Positions 1-9,228 of a stretch of DNA of 64,000 nt are shown in pieces. This stretch comes from Candidatus Alistipes avistercoris (lineage in GTDB: Bacteria; Bacteroidota; Bacteroidia; Bacteroidales; Rikenellaceae), in assembly GCA_019115075.1 (NCBI GenBank), contig DXEE01000037.1:5097-69096 (forward strand), written 5' to 3'. The notes under the pieces were generated by a model, which saw only the letters and a program-made list of their open reading frames with translations, had not been told where the DNA came from and did not search any database. Every line of letters starts with the position of its first letter. The first letter of the stretch is position 1. The position numbers were made by a program, and so were the translations under genes.

Positions 1-1
1 C

Positions 2-541
2 GAGAAGATCGCGCAGGCTGCGCGCAAGGCGGGTTTCGACGTGTGCGACGACTTCCGCAAGCTGGCCTCCAAAGCCACGAGCGGGGATGCCGCGGCTCTT
101 GCACAGCGGCTTATGGACCGCTATGAGGCCGGTGGGATCGACCGCGCCGTGCTGGTCTACACCCATTTCCATTCGATGGGACACCAGGAGCCCCGGCAGG
201 AGGTCTTCCTTCCGGCGGATTTTTCGGATCTGCACGGAGCCGCGGGTACCGCTTCGGAGCACGCCGAGGAGCAGCCCTCCCGGTCGGATGCGCATCCCGA
301 CTATATTTACGAACCCGACCCGCGGACGCTGCTCGAGGAGCTGCTGCCCTATACGTTGCGGATGCGGATCTTCGAGGTGCTGCTCGACAGCGCGACGGCC
401 GAGCATGCGGCCCGCATGATCGCCATGCAGACCGCCACGGACAACGCGCAAGAGCTTCTGGGCGACCTTACGCTGACCTACAACAAACGCCGTCAGCAGG
501 CCATCACCGACGAGTTGGCGGATATCATGCAGGCGGAGTGA
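2..541 (+). CDS. atpG: F0F1 ATP synthase gamma subunit, C-terminal part (5' end lies outside the window)
   Basis: The frame is open from the window edge. The C-terminus (AARMIAMQTATDNAQELLGDLTLTYNKRRQQAITDELADI) is the conserved gamma-subunit C-terminal helix. A hairpin plus T-tract follows. Confidence 0.85.
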   Translation, partial: EKIAQAARKAGFDVCDDFRKLASKATSGDAAALAQRLMDRYEAGGIDRAVLVYTHFHSMGHQEPRQEVFLPADFSDLHGAAGTASEHAEEQPSRSDAHPDYIYEPDPRTLLEELLPYTLRMRIFEVLLDSATAEHAARMIAMQTATDNAQELLGDLTLTYNKRRQQAITDELADIMQAE

Positions 542-562
542 TTGCTTCCCGATGAAGAGATG

Positions 563-597
563 ACGGGACCCGGACGTTTGGACGGGTCCCGTTTTTT
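563..597 (+). terminator. intrinsic terminator after atpG
   Basis: ACGGGACCC (563-571) pairs with GGGTCCCGT (584-592) and is followed by a T6 run. Confidence 0.6.
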
Positions 598-694
598 GAG
601 TATCTTTGCCGTGCGGTTTCCGGTCGGAGGGCCTTCCGGCCTCGGAAAGCGCGGCCCGGACACTCTGTCCGGTGCGGTAGCGAATATCGGAACT

Positions 695-1765
695 ATGACG
701 GACGAACTGAAGAAGAAACATCGGATTTTGCGCAGGCGCAGGGTCCGCAACATCGTGTTGAACCTGATCTGCCTCGCTCTGGCCGGATCGGGGCTGTGGT
801 GGACGGCAAGCTATTTCTGGCGTTACGTGCGCTACGAGGTGACCAACGATGCCTTTGTCGATCAGTATGTTGCGCCGCTCAACATCCGTGTCTCGGGATA
901 CATCCGCGAGGTCCGCTTCCGCGAACACCAGTTCGTGCACCGTGGCGACACGCTGCTGGTGCTCGACGACCGCGAGTACCAGATCCGCGTGAAGGAGGCC
1001 GAGGCCGCAATGCTCGATGCCGAGGGGTCGCGCGAGGTGCTGCATGCCGGCATCGAGACCTCCGAGAACAACATCGCCGTGCAGGAGGCCAACATCGCCG
1101 AGGCGCGGGCCACGCTCTGGCAGCTGGAGCAGGACTATCACCGTTTCGAGCGCCTGTTGGCGCAGGAGTCGGTCTCGGAGCAGCAGTTCGAGCAGAAGAA
1201 GGCCGCCTACGAGGCCGCACAGGCCCGCTACGATGCGCTCGTGAGCCAGCGCCGGGCGGCCCGTTCACAGTATGCCGAGACCAGCCGCCGGCGCACCGGG
1301 GCCGAAGCGGCCATCCTGCGCAGCGAGGCCGATCTGGACCTTGCGCGGCTGAACCTCTCCTACACCGTGCTCACGGCCCCCTACGACGGTTACATGGGGC
1401 GCCGTACCCTCGAGCCGGGGCAGTACGTGCAGGCCGGACAGACGATCTCCTACCTGGTCCGCAGCGAGGAGAAGTGGATCACGGCCAACTACAAGGAGAC
1501 GCAGATCATCCACATCTTCATCGGACAGGAGGTCCGCGTAAAGGTCGATGCTCTCCCGGGACGGGTCTTCCGCGGCCGCGTATCGGCCATCTCGGAGGCC
1601 ACCGGATCGAAATATTCGCTCGTCCCGACCGACAATTCGGCCGGCAACTTCGTGAAGGTCCAGCAGCGCATTCCCGTGCGGATCGAGCTCGAAGGGGTCT
1701 CGCGTGAGGATATGGCCCTGCTGCGCGCGGGCATGATGGTCGAAACCGAAGCCCTCCGGCGATGA
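695..1765 (+). CDS. HlyD/EmrA-family membrane fusion protein of an efflux pump
   Basis: ORF 542..1765 trimmed to the ATG at 695 (MTDELKKKHRILRRRR followed by one TM helix). It has a long Ala/Glu/Gln coiled-coil middle and a beta-barrel C-terminus typical of HlyD_D23-type proteins. Its stop overlaps the next start (ATGA at 1762-1765). Confidence 0.85.
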   Translation: MTDELKKKHRILRRRRVRNIVLNLICLALAGSGLWWTASYFWRYVRYEVTNDAFVDQYVAPLNIRVSGYIREVRFREHQFVHRGDTLLVLDDREYQIRVKEAEAAMLDAEGSREVLHAGIETSENNIAVQEANIAEARATLWQLEQDYHRFERLLAQESVSEQQFEQKKAAYEAAQARYDALVSQRRAARSQYAETSRRRTGAEAAILRSEADLDLARLNLSYTVLTAPYDGYMGRRTLEPGQYVQAGQTISYLVRSEEKWITANYKETQIIHIFIGQEVRVKVDALPGRVFRGRVSAISEATGSKYSLVPTDNSAGNFVKVQQRIPVRIELEGVSREDMALLRAGMMVETEALRR

Positions 1766-3366
1766 CCGACGTGCGGCAGCTCGGACTTCCGGTCCGCAAG
1801 TGGGTTCCCGACTGGCTCGGGCTGGTGACGACCTTCTCGGTCATCCTGCCGGTCATCCTGCTCAACGGCTCCTACACGGGCAGCATGCTCGAGGTCTCCT
1901 ATACGCTCGGCACCAATTCCGAGGACATCACGATGGGCTACTATGCCGCCTCGGCCGGCATGGCCATCGCCTACCCGATCATTCCGAAAATACTCGATGC
2001 CTTCTCCAGCAAGACGCTCATTCTCTGCGACCTTGTGCTGCAGTTCGTGCTGAGTTGGATATGTGCCGCGTCGAAACATTCCGACATCCTGATCGTCTGC
2101 AGCTTCGTGATCGGCTTCCTGAAGGGGTTCCTCATGCTGTGGTTCATCCGCCATGCACAGAAGATCTTCAGCCCGCGCAACGTCCGCAGCGAGTTCTACT
2201 CCTATTTCTACCCGCTGACCTACGGCGGCGGACAGCTCTCGATCCTCATCACGGCGCAGCTGGCCTACCACTACGACTGGAAGTACATGTACTACTTCAT
2301 GATGACCCTCATTCTGGTGGCCATCCTCTTCGTGGCGGTCTGCTTCCGCCACGACCGGACCAACCGCACGGTGCCGCTCCGCGAGCTGCACGTGCGTGAG
2401 ATGATGCTCATCTCGGCCGGACTGCTCATGCTGATGTATGTGCTCAACTACGGCAAGGTGCTCGACTGGATGTCCTCGCCCAAGATCTGCATCTACATCG
2501 TTCTGGCGCCGATGCTGATCGCCTTCTTCGTCTGGTACCAGTACCACGCCGAGCGGCCCTATGTCAATCTGGCGCCGCTCTACCAGCCCAAGGCCATCGT
2601 CGGGTACCTCTACATGATGCTCGTCATGTTCTTCAGCACCTCCACTACGCTGCTGACCAACTTCCTCACGACGATTCTCCGTGTGGACAGTTCGCATACC
2701 TATTCGCTCTACGTCTGGCTTCTGCCCGGTTATCTGCTCGGGGCCTTCATCTGCTTCTGGTGGTTCCGCTGGCAGCGGTGGCGTTTCCGCTTCCTGATTG
2801 CCGGGGGCATGGCCTGTTTCGCCTTCTTCTTCGGGTATCTCTATTTCATCCTCTCGCCCGACACGACCTACGAGATGCTCTACCTGCCGATCTTCATCCG
2901 GGGACTGGGCATGCTCACGCTCATCATCGCCTTCGCGCTGTTCGTCGTCGAGGACCTCAACCCGAAGTTCCTGCTCATGAACGCCTTCTTCCTCATCACG
3001 TTCCGTTCGGTGCTGGCTCCGATCATGGCCACGTCGTTCTACAGCAATACGCTTTACCGGCTGGAACAGAAGTACATGCATTCGCTGGTCGAGACGGTGA
3101 CGATGGCCGATCCTTTGGCTGCCTCGCGTTACGGCGAGTCGTTCGGTGCGGCTCTGGCCGGCGGGCACAGCTACGGCGATGCCGTGCAGATGGCCACCTA
3201 TTCGCTCAATACGACCCTGCAGCAGCAGGCCCTGCTGCTCTCGCTCAAGGAGATGCTGGGGGTGTTGTTTGTCGTGGCGCTGGTCATTGCGGTCATTTCG
3301 CGCTTCATCCCCTTCCACAAGACGCTGCGCGTCACCTTTGCCCGCACGGGCGACGATATGGTCTGA
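1762..3366 (+). CDS. MFS transporter, DHA2/EmrB-like drug efflux permease
   Basis: 534-aa polytopic protein with about 14 hydrophobic helices, translationally coupled to the HlyD gene. This is the classic EmrA-EmrB arrangement. Confidence 0.8.
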   Translation: MTDVRQLGLPVRKWVPDWLGLVTTFSVILPVILLNGSYTGSMLEVSYTLGTNSEDITMGYYAASAGMAIAYPIIPKILDAFSSKTLILCDLVLQFVLSWICAASKHSDILIVCSFVIGFLKGFLMLWFIRHAQKIFSPRNVRSEFYSYFYPLTYGGGQLSILITAQLAYHYDWKYMYYFMMTLILVAILFVAVCFRHDRTNRTVPLRELHVREMMLISAGLLMLMYVLNYGKVLDWMSSPKICIYIVLAPMLIAFFVWYQYHAERPYVNLAPLYQPKAIVGYLYMMLVMFFSTSTTLLTNFLTTILRVDSSHTYSLYVWLLPGYLLGAFICFWWFRWQRWRFRFLIAGGMACFAFFFGYLYFILSPDTTYEMLYLPIFIRGLGMLTLIIAFALFVVEDLNPKFLLMNAFFLITFRSVLAPIMATSFYSNTLYRLEQKYMHSLVETVTMADPLAASRYGESFGAALAGGHSYGDAVQMATYSLNTTLQQQALLLSLKEMLGVLFVVALVIAVISRFIPFHKTLRVTFARTGDDMV

Positions 3367-3404
3367 CCTGTGCACGTTTCGGCCCATGTGCGGGATGATC
3401 GGCA

Positions 3405-3438
3405 AAACGCCCCGGTTCGTGTACGAACCGGGGCGTTT
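3405..3438. terminator. bidirectional hairpin terminator between the convergent MFS and nrdG genes
   Basis: AAACGCCCCGGTTCG (3405-3419) / loop TGTA / CGAACCGGGGCGTTT (3424-3438). Perfect 15-bp stem. Confidence 0.6.
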
Positions 3439-3458
3439 CTTTCCTGTGGCGGGGAGGC

Positions 3459-3950
3459 TCACCTGTTGCGGCGGAAGCGGGCCGTGATGTCGCTCATCGT
3501 GCCGTCCGGTGCGATCCGGTAGAGCCGCTGGTTGGTCGTCGGGGCGGTCAGCGGACCGAGCGCCTCGATCCAGGGGCCCAGCTTGACGTAGTCGAACCGG
3601 GTGAGATCGAACCCCTCGGGGAGGCGTTCGCGTCCCGAGTACCACGCGGTGCGCAGCGCCGGACAGCTCCGGCGGACCGTTTCGGCCAGCCGGGCGATCT
3701 CGTGCGGCGCGGCATCGCCGCCCATGAAACAGACGCAGGTCACCGAGCGCCCGTAGCGGTCGAGCAGCCCCTGCAGCGCCTCCGCATCGAGCCTCTCGCC
3801 CCCGTCGCGCTGCAGGTGGGGGCTGTGGCAGCCCGGGCAGCGGTTCGGGCAGTTGGTGATGTTGATCGCCAGCGTCGTTTCGTCGGGAATCTCGGCGAAG
3901 ACGATGTCGAAGTTGTGGTAGCGGACCATCACCCTACTCCGCTTTGGCAT
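3459..3950 (-). CDS. nrdG: anaerobic ribonucleoside-triphosphate reductase activating protein (radical SAM)
   Basis: CPNRCPGCHSPHL cysteine motif, small size (163 aa), and its start overlaps the end of nrdD. Confidence 0.9.
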   Translation of the reverse strand: MPKRSRVMVRYHNFDIVFAEIPDETTLAINITNCPNRCPGCHSPHLQRDGGERLDAEALQGLLDRYGRSVTCVCFMGGDAAPHEIARLAETVRRSCPALRTAWYSGRERLPEGFDLTRFDYVKLGPWIEALGPLTAPTTNQRLYRIAPDGTMSDITARFRRNR

Positions 3951-6027
3951 AATAGCGCCGCGAGGCCTCCTGCTGGCGGGCCGCCGAGAAGTTCGAGACG
4001 CGCTTCATGTAGCCGATCACGCGGGTCAGGTAGTCCAGGTCGTGCGAGTGGCACGAAGGGCACTCCTTCAGGTAGCGCTTGTCGATGTGCCCGCAGGCGT
4101 TGCATACGGTGTTCGGGATGTTGAACGTGAAGTAGTTGCAACCCTCCTGCGCCGCTACGCGCAGCAGGTGGCGGTACTGCTCCTTCGAGAGGTGGTCTTC
4201 GAGGTTCATGTGCAGCGCCGAGCCGCCCGTGAGGTGTTCGATGTAGCGGCATCCGTGCAGGCGGAACTTGTCGATGATGTTCAGCGAGTCGTCCTCGACC
4301 ACATAGAAATAGGAGTTGTAGCAGTCGCGCGGCACGGCATAGCCGTCCTCGCGGTCCCACTTGGCGTGTTTCACGCCGACGTTCTCCGCCGGGATCATCT
4401 CGCAGTTGAACATCAGCTCCTTCGAGCGGTACTTGCGGTTGTAGCGTTCGATCAGCCCCAGCACGTCCTGCACGAAGGCGGCGTAGTCGTCGTTGTCGCT
4501 GATGGGGATGCCGAGGAACTCGGCGGCCTCGACCAGACCGTTTACGCCGATGGTGAGGTATTGGCGCGAGAGGTTGATGTACCCCGCATCGAACAGCGGA
4601 AGCATGCCCTTGGCCTGCAGGCGCTTGAGGTTCTCGTTGTAGGCCGTCTGCACCTTGTGCACCAGGTCGGTCACCTCCTCGAGGTAGGTTAGGTAGTGCA
4701 TGCCGTTGCGGGCGGCGTGCTGCACGCAGCGGTTCAGGTTGATCGTCAGCACGCTCTTCGATCCGGTCGAGACGCCGCCCGCTCCGAGCGTGTAGCTGAA
4801 GCCGTTGTCCTGGATCTCGTTGCGCAGGCGGCAGCACGACGAGAGCGAGTCGGCGTTGTCGCTGATGTAGGTGAAGAACGAGTGCCCCTCGGCGTACATT
4901 TCGGCCGTGAAGTCGCCCCATTCGCGGTCCATGACGTCGCCGTCGCGTGTCAGCAGGGCCATCGTCTCGACCGGGAAGGTCAGCACGGTCCGGGTCCGTT
5001 CGCGGTTGAACCACTTCATGAAACGCTTCTGCAGCCACGAAAGCGACTCCCAGTGGGGCTGTGAACCGTCCGGGAAGCGGAATTCGCCGAAGAGCGACTC
5101 GAAGTAGAAACGGTCGTAATAGGCCACGTTCCAGAAGACGGCCTGGAAGTTGCGGGCGCCCGTCGGCTGGTTGATCGAGTAGACGATCTGTTCGAAACAG
5201 TCGGTGATCACCTTGTCGATCGTGCGGCGCTTGCGCGAGAGATCCACCACCTCGTCGGCGCGCAGGTAGTAGTCCTCGCCGTACTCCTGTTCGATGAAGT
5301 AGTTCATGTACATGAGGAACTCGGGCGTGGCACAGGCTCCCGAGAGCATCGACGAGACGATGAATACCATGTTCACGAAGCCGCCGCAGAACGACTTGAG
5401 GTTCGTCGGGCGGGTCGAGTTGCCGCCGATCGACAGCGTGCCGTTGAGCAGCCACGGGTACATCGTGATCGAGGCGCAGTAGTTGGCCATCGACGTCTCG
5501 TCGTTCTTGTAGATGAAGTGGTTGCGCAGCAGGTAGAGGTACTTGTCGGCCAGCTCCTTGCCGTACATCTCGCGGATGCGGTCGGTGAGCAGGCGGCGGT
5601 TGAGCCGGATGAAGTTCTGTTTGGGCAGCTCGCCGATGAGTGTGGCGATGTTCTTGTTCTCGACGTTGGCGTTGGCGTCGTATTTCGATCCCGTTGCCGG
5701 GTTCTTCGCATCGCAGTAGTCGATCAGGAAGTTGAGCTTTTCGCGGTCCTCGCGGTCTTCGGTGTGTTTCTGGCGGTAGAGCATGTAGCTCTTGGCCACG
5801 GCGAAGTAGTGCTCGGCCATGAGGGCCACCTCGACCTGGTTCTGGATCTCCTCGACGCTCATGCCGTCGGCGATGTGCACGCGGCTCAGGACGGACGTCA
5901 GGTCGTCGTCGGTGGCGTAGCCGCCCACCGAGAGGAATGCCTTGCTGATCGCGCGTTTGATCTTTTCCACCGAGAACGGCTCGCGCTTGCCGTCGCGTTT
6001 GACGATTTGGAGTTCCGAGATGCCCAT
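3934..6027 (-). CDS. nrdD: anaerobic (class III) ribonucleoside-triphosphate reductase
   Basis: ORF 3934..6096 trimmed to MGISELQIVKRDGKREPF (ATP-cone start). It has a C-terminal Zn-ribbon (CNACGH...CPSCHS) and a glycyl-radical motif (TRVIGYMKRV). Confidence 0.9.
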   Translation of the reverse strand: MGISELQIVKRDGKREPFSVEKIKRAISKAFLSVGGYATDDDLTSVLSRVHIADGMSVEEIQNQVEVALMAEHYFAVAKSYMLYRQKHTEDREDREKLNFLIDYCDAKNPATGSKYDANANVENKNIATLIGELPKQNFIRLNRRLLTDRIREMYGKELADKYLYLLRNHFIYKNDETSMANYCASITMYPWLLNGTLSIGGNSTRPTNLKSFCGGFVNMVFIVSSMLSGACATPEFLMYMNYFIEQEYGEDYYLRADEVVDLSRKRRTIDKVITDCFEQIVYSINQPTGARNFQAVFWNVAYYDRFYFESLFGEFRFPDGSQPHWESLSWLQKRFMKWFNRERTRTVLTFPVETMALLTRDGDVMDREWGDFTAEMYAEGHSFFTYISDNADSLSSCCRLRNEIQDNGFSYTLGAGGVSTGSKSVLTINLNRCVQHAARNGMHYLTYLEEVTDLVHKVQTAYNENLKRLQAKGMLPLFDAGYINLSRQYLTIGVNGLVEAAEFLGIPISDNDDYAAFVQDVLGLIERYNRKYRSKELMFNCEMIPAENVGVKHAKWDREDGYAVPRDCYNSYFYVVEDDSLNIIDKFRLHGCRYIEHLTGGSALHMNLEDHLSKEQYRHLLRVAAQEGCNYFTFNIPNTVCNACGHIDKRYLKECPSCHSHDLDYLTRVIGYMKRVSNFSAARQQEASRRYYAKAE

Positions 6028-6189
6028 AATAAGCCCACTGTTTAGTTTGTTGTTCAGTCGTTTTCCGAGGGTGCGAAGCCCTGCCCTTTCCCGCACGGCG
6101 GAGCGTGTGCGGCAAAGCGCGGAGTTCGGCCTCTGGTATGTCCGGTTTAAGCAGTTTTCGGGCGCCGTTCCTTATCCCCGAGGTTCGGA

Positions 6190-6370
6190 GCCTCATCCGG
6201 CAAGGCAGGTCTTCTGGCTCGCTCCCTCCGCATGCCTTCCCGTCCCGGCGGGACAGTGGCTCAAGAGTATGCGGTCGTTCACGGAGCTTACAGCTACGGG
6301 AATAGCCCCTGATTCGCACAGGTGTTCCCTTTTGATCCCGGGCCGGCAGCCGCCGGCGGGGAACCTTGCT
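6190..6370 (-). promoter_or_regulatory. cobalamin (B12) riboswitch in the nrdDG leader
   Basis: The minus strand reads AAAAGGGAACACCTGTGCGAATCAGGGGCTATTCCCGTAGCTGTAAGC ... GAGCCACTGTCCCGCCGGGACGGGAAGGC ... GCGAGCCAGAAGACCTGCC. These are the conserved GGGAA/GGUG core, the GCCACUG element and the B12 box (6220-6204). Confidence 0.85.
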
Positions 6371-6375
6371 CGATG

Positions 6376-6383
6376 CAAATATA
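6376..6383 (-). promoter_or_regulatory. Bacteroidota -7 promoter box (TATATTTG) for the riboswitch-nrdDG transcript
   Basis: Exact TAnnTTTG match on the minus strand, immediately upstream of the first riboswitch helix. Confidence 0.45.
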
Positions 6384-6606
6384 GGCGATGTTTTTCATTC
6401 GGACGAGCGCCCCGGTTGTTTTTCATGAACATTTTATCGACAAAAAAACGCGGGGAACTGCAAGTCCCTCGCGTCGTGTCGGTTGGCGTTCGGCACCCCG
6501 GCAGACCTCCGGAATTCCGCCCTGCCGGCGGGCGCAGGAAGCGAAACGGATCCTCTTCGGTCCTGTTTTTTCGGCCTTCGGGAGGATACTCTTGGACTCA
6601 AATTGC

Positions 6607-6614
6607 TATCTTTG
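6607..6614 (+). promoter_or_regulatory. Bacteroidota -7 promoter box (TATCTTTG) upstream of the lipoprotein gene
   Basis: Exact TAnnTTTG match about 50 nt upstream of the ATG at 6663. Confidence 0.4.
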
Positions 6615-6662
6615 TCGAAATTCCGTTTCAGACGGAATGCTAACCGTAAAAAAAGAGGATCC

Positions 6663-7304
6663 ATGAAGAGATTTTGGATGTTTTGGTGTGCGGCTCTGTG
6701 TGTGGCAGGAACCTCCTGCACATCCGGGCCGTCGGCCGACAAACTGGTCGGCGTGTGGTTGGAGCCCATTCCCGGTATGGACGGGTTCCAGGGAATGGCT
6801 CTGTCAGCCGACGGTACTGCACGGTCGGTCAATATGGCGACGCTCGAGTACGATCGCTGGCAGTTGCTCGGCCGGCAGTTGGTGCTTGCGGGAAAGAGCA
6901 TCGGCAACGGGCAGACGCTCGAGTTTGCCGATACGCTCGACATCGTGCGCGTCGATGCCGACAGCCTGATTCTTGGCCGCGGTGACGGACGTCGGGCCTA
7001 CAGCCGTGCGGCGGACGCCTTCGATGCCGAACCCGAAAACGAAACGCATGTGGTTCTGGAGGGTACGGTGACCTTTGCTCCCGAGGTGCGGACATTCCGT
7101 GCCGCAGGCGATTCGACCACCTTCTGGCTGATCGACGAGTCGGGCTGCCTCGAGCAGCGCTTCGTGGAGTCGGGTCGTGCCGAATGGACGGTCGGCGCCG
7201 AGCTGGAACTGTGCCCCGTGGACAAGTCCGTGGCCGAGTTTGCGGCCGATTACGACGGGGCCTACCGCGTGGTGCGGATCCTGCGGCTGGACGAGGCCGA
7301 GTAA
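6663..7304 (+). CDS. hypothetical lipoprotein (lipocalin-like N-terminal region)
   Basis: ORF trimmed to MKRFWMFWCAALCVAGTSC (signal peptide plus lipobox Cys). A GVW motif follows, as in lipocalin-like lipoproteins. No specific family recognised. Confidence 0.6.
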   Translation: MKRFWMFWCAALCVAGTSCTSGPSADKLVGVWLEPIPGMDGFQGMALSADGTARSVNMATLEYDRWQLLGRQLVLAGKSIGNGQTLEFADTLDIVRVDADSLILGRGDGRRAYSRAADAFDAEPENETHVVLEGTVTFAPEVRTFRAAGDSTTFWLIDESGCLEQRFVESGRAEWTVGAELELCPVDKSVAEFAADYDGAYRVVRILRLDEAE

Positions 7305-7319
7305 TTCAGCCCGTTTCGG

Positions 7320-7841
7320 TCATTGGGCGTGCAGCGCCGGACCTTCAGAAGTGAGGTGCAGCCGTATTTCCGGACTGCTCTTTTCGAGACGCTCGTTCAG
7401 CAGGACGAGCGTCTCGTCGTTTCGGCGCAGCAAGTGGATTGTTTCGTCTTTGTCCGCCGCAATCAATTGCCAGACCGTGGCATTGTTGTCCCCTGCCATG
7501 CCGCGCAGGGTAAAACGGCGTCCCGAGCAACTGTCCACGCGGCACTCGCCTGCCGCAAGACGAGTAGTGACCGAGAGCGAGAAATGTCCGTCTCCGCTGT
7601 GTTCGCGGCTGCGGATCGTGAGCCGGTATTTCTGCGGCATGCCGGATTCGGATACATAGGTGCGGACCTCCATCCGTCCCAAAGCGGAGTCAGCATCGGA
7701 CAGCGGCATGCATGCCGCTGTCGGGGTACGGTACTCCGTGCTGTGCTGCCTGGGGGTGTTCCGGCATCCGGCCGCGGCAAGCAGCCCCGTGGCGGTTACG
7801 GTCACATAGAAGAACCGGCGAATCGTATGTGTATGTCTCAT
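7320..7841 (-). CDS. hypothetical lipoprotein (possibly NlpE-N-like)
   Basis: ORF trimmed to MRHTHTIRRFFYVTVTATGLLAAAGC (lipobox). It starts 13 nt downstream of the mscS stop, so it is probably co-transcribed. Confidence 0.5.
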   Translation of the reverse strand: MRHTHTIRRFFYVTVTATGLLAAAGCRNTPRQHSTEYRTPTAACMPLSDADSALGRMEVRTYVSESGMPQKYRLTIRSREHSGDGHFSLSVTTRLAAGECRVDSCSGRRFTLRGMAGDNNATVWQLIAADKDETIHLLRRNDETLVLLNERLEKSSPEIRLHLTSEGPALHAQ

Positions 7842-7854
7842 GTCAGGGGCATTG

Positions 7855-9066
7855 TCATTCGTTTCTGGATCTTGCCGCACTACCCTCTTCCGTGTGGAAG
7901 TCGCGGCCGGCGGGACGCTGGTAGACGGCAAGCCCGAATTCGGGCAGCGTGGCGAGCAGGTGGTCGAACAGTGCGCTTTGGATCCGCTCGTAGGCGGTCC
8001 ATTCGGTGTCGGCCGTGAAGCAGTAGACCTCGATGGGGATGCCCTCGGTCGTCGGCTGCAGCATGCGGACCATCTGGAGCAGGTCCTGCCGGATCTCCTG
8101 CCGCCCCTTGAGGTAGTGCATCAGGTATCCCCGGAATACCCGGAGATTGACCGCCTCTTCGTCGGGTTCCTCGTCCCCGATGTAGCCGAGACTGCGGAAA
8201 CGTGCGATCTCCTCTGCCGTGCAGCGCCGTACGGTCCGGGCATCGATCGCTATGGAGCGTTTGATGCGCCGTCCGCCGCATTCGCGCATGCCGCGCCAGT
8301 TCTGGAAAGAGTCGCTGACCAGCGCATAGGGCGGGATCGTCGTGATTGTCTTGTCGAAATTCTGCACCTTGACCGTCGTCAGCGAGACTTCGGTCACGTA
8401 GCCGTCGGCGCCGTATTTCGACATCGTGATCCAGTCGCCGGGACGCAGCATGTCGTTGGCCGAGAGCTGTACGCCCGCCACCAACCCCAGGATGCTGTCG
8501 CGGAAGATGAGCATCAGGACGGCGGCCGAAGCTCCGAGTCCGGCCAGGATCGACGTGGCGTCGCGGTCGATCAGGATGCTGATAATCAGGATGCCGCCGA
8601 TGCAGACGGCGATGAGTTTGAACATCTGGTAGATGCCTTTCAGCGGCCGGTTGCGGAGCGTTTCGTGTTCGTTCGAGATTTCGTAGAGCGTGTTGAGAAA
8701 CGAGCGCACGAGCACGAGCGCGGCGACGATCAGGTAGATGAGCGAGCCCTTGCGGAGGATCGACAGCAGGACGGGCTGGTCGGGAAAGGCTACGGGCAGC
8801 AGGACATACCAGATCAGCGGAGGCAGCAGCCGGCAGAGGTCGTGCATGATCTCGTCCTTGAACAGGTGGTCGTCCCACGTCACTTTGGTTTGGCTGCTGA
8901 TCTTCTGGAGGGCCGGGATGACCAGCCGGCGGAACAGCACGGCCGTGAGCCACGAGAGCAGCAGGATGCCGGCAAGGACAATCGCTTGTGTCTGCCAGGT
9001 GATCTGTTCCGTCAGTCCGACCTGCCGGAGCAGTTCCGCGATGGGTTCGACGTATTGGTTTTCCAT
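7855..9066 (-). CDS. mechanosensitive ion channel, MscS family
   Basis: N-terminal TM helices followed by the MscS beta-domain signature (LAGLGASAAVLMLIFRDSILGLVAGVQLSANDMLRPGDWI...GYVTEVSLTTVKVQNFDKT). Confidence 0.85.
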   Translation of the reverse strand: MENQYVEPIAELLRQVGLTEQITWQTQAIVLAGILLLSWLTAVLFRRLVIPALQKISSQTKVTWDDHLFKDEIMHDLCRLLPPLIWYVLLPVAFPDQPVLLSILRKGSLIYLIVAALVLVRSFLNTLYEISNEHETLRNRPLKGIYQMFKLIAVCIGGILIISILIDRDATSILAGLGASAAVLMLIFRDSILGLVAGVQLSANDMLRPGDWITMSKYGADGYVTEVSLTTVKVQNFDKTITTIPPYALVSDSFQNWRGMRECGGRRIKRSIAIDARTVRRCTAEEIARFRSLGYIGDEEPDEEAVNLRVFRGYLMHYLKGRQEIRQDLLQMVRMLQPTTEGIPIEVYCFTADTEWTAYERIQSALFDHLLATLPEFGLAVYQRPAGRDFHTEEGSAARSRNE

Positions 9067-9171
9067 GATTCGGTCGTTTTTCGGTGCGGCGTATGCCGTG
9101 GTTCCTCATGCAAAGATAGTGAGAATATCCGAAGTCGGCGCCGCAGGGGCCAAAAGATGTCGTCCTGACGC

Positions 9172-9210
9172 AAAAACGGCCGCATCCCTTCCGAAACAGG
9201 TGCGGCCGTT
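9172..9210 (-). terminator. intrinsic terminator after the phosphatase gene
   Basis: 10-bp stem, AACGGCCGCA (9175-9184) / TGCGGCCGTT (9201-9210). On the minus strand a short T run follows. Confidence 0.45.
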
Positions 9211-9228
9211 CTCTTTCCCGAGGCCGGG

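Noticed and set aside
1489-3645. 718-aa minus-strand ORF
   Set aside because: Antisense to the HlyD/MFS pair, and it runs through the convergent terminator at 3405-3438. No motifs.
3929-6319. 796-aa minus-strand ORF in an alternative frame of nrdD
   Set aside because: The overlapping frame encodes textbook NrdD motifs. This frame is Arg/Pro/Gly-rich and would also read through the B12 riboswitch.
6105-6666. Short ORFs in the nrdD upstream region (e.g. 5942..6643, 6193..6432, 6388..6666)
   Set aside because: This region is occupied by the cobalamin riboswitch and two promoters. The ORFs are Arg/Pro/Ser-rich with no support.
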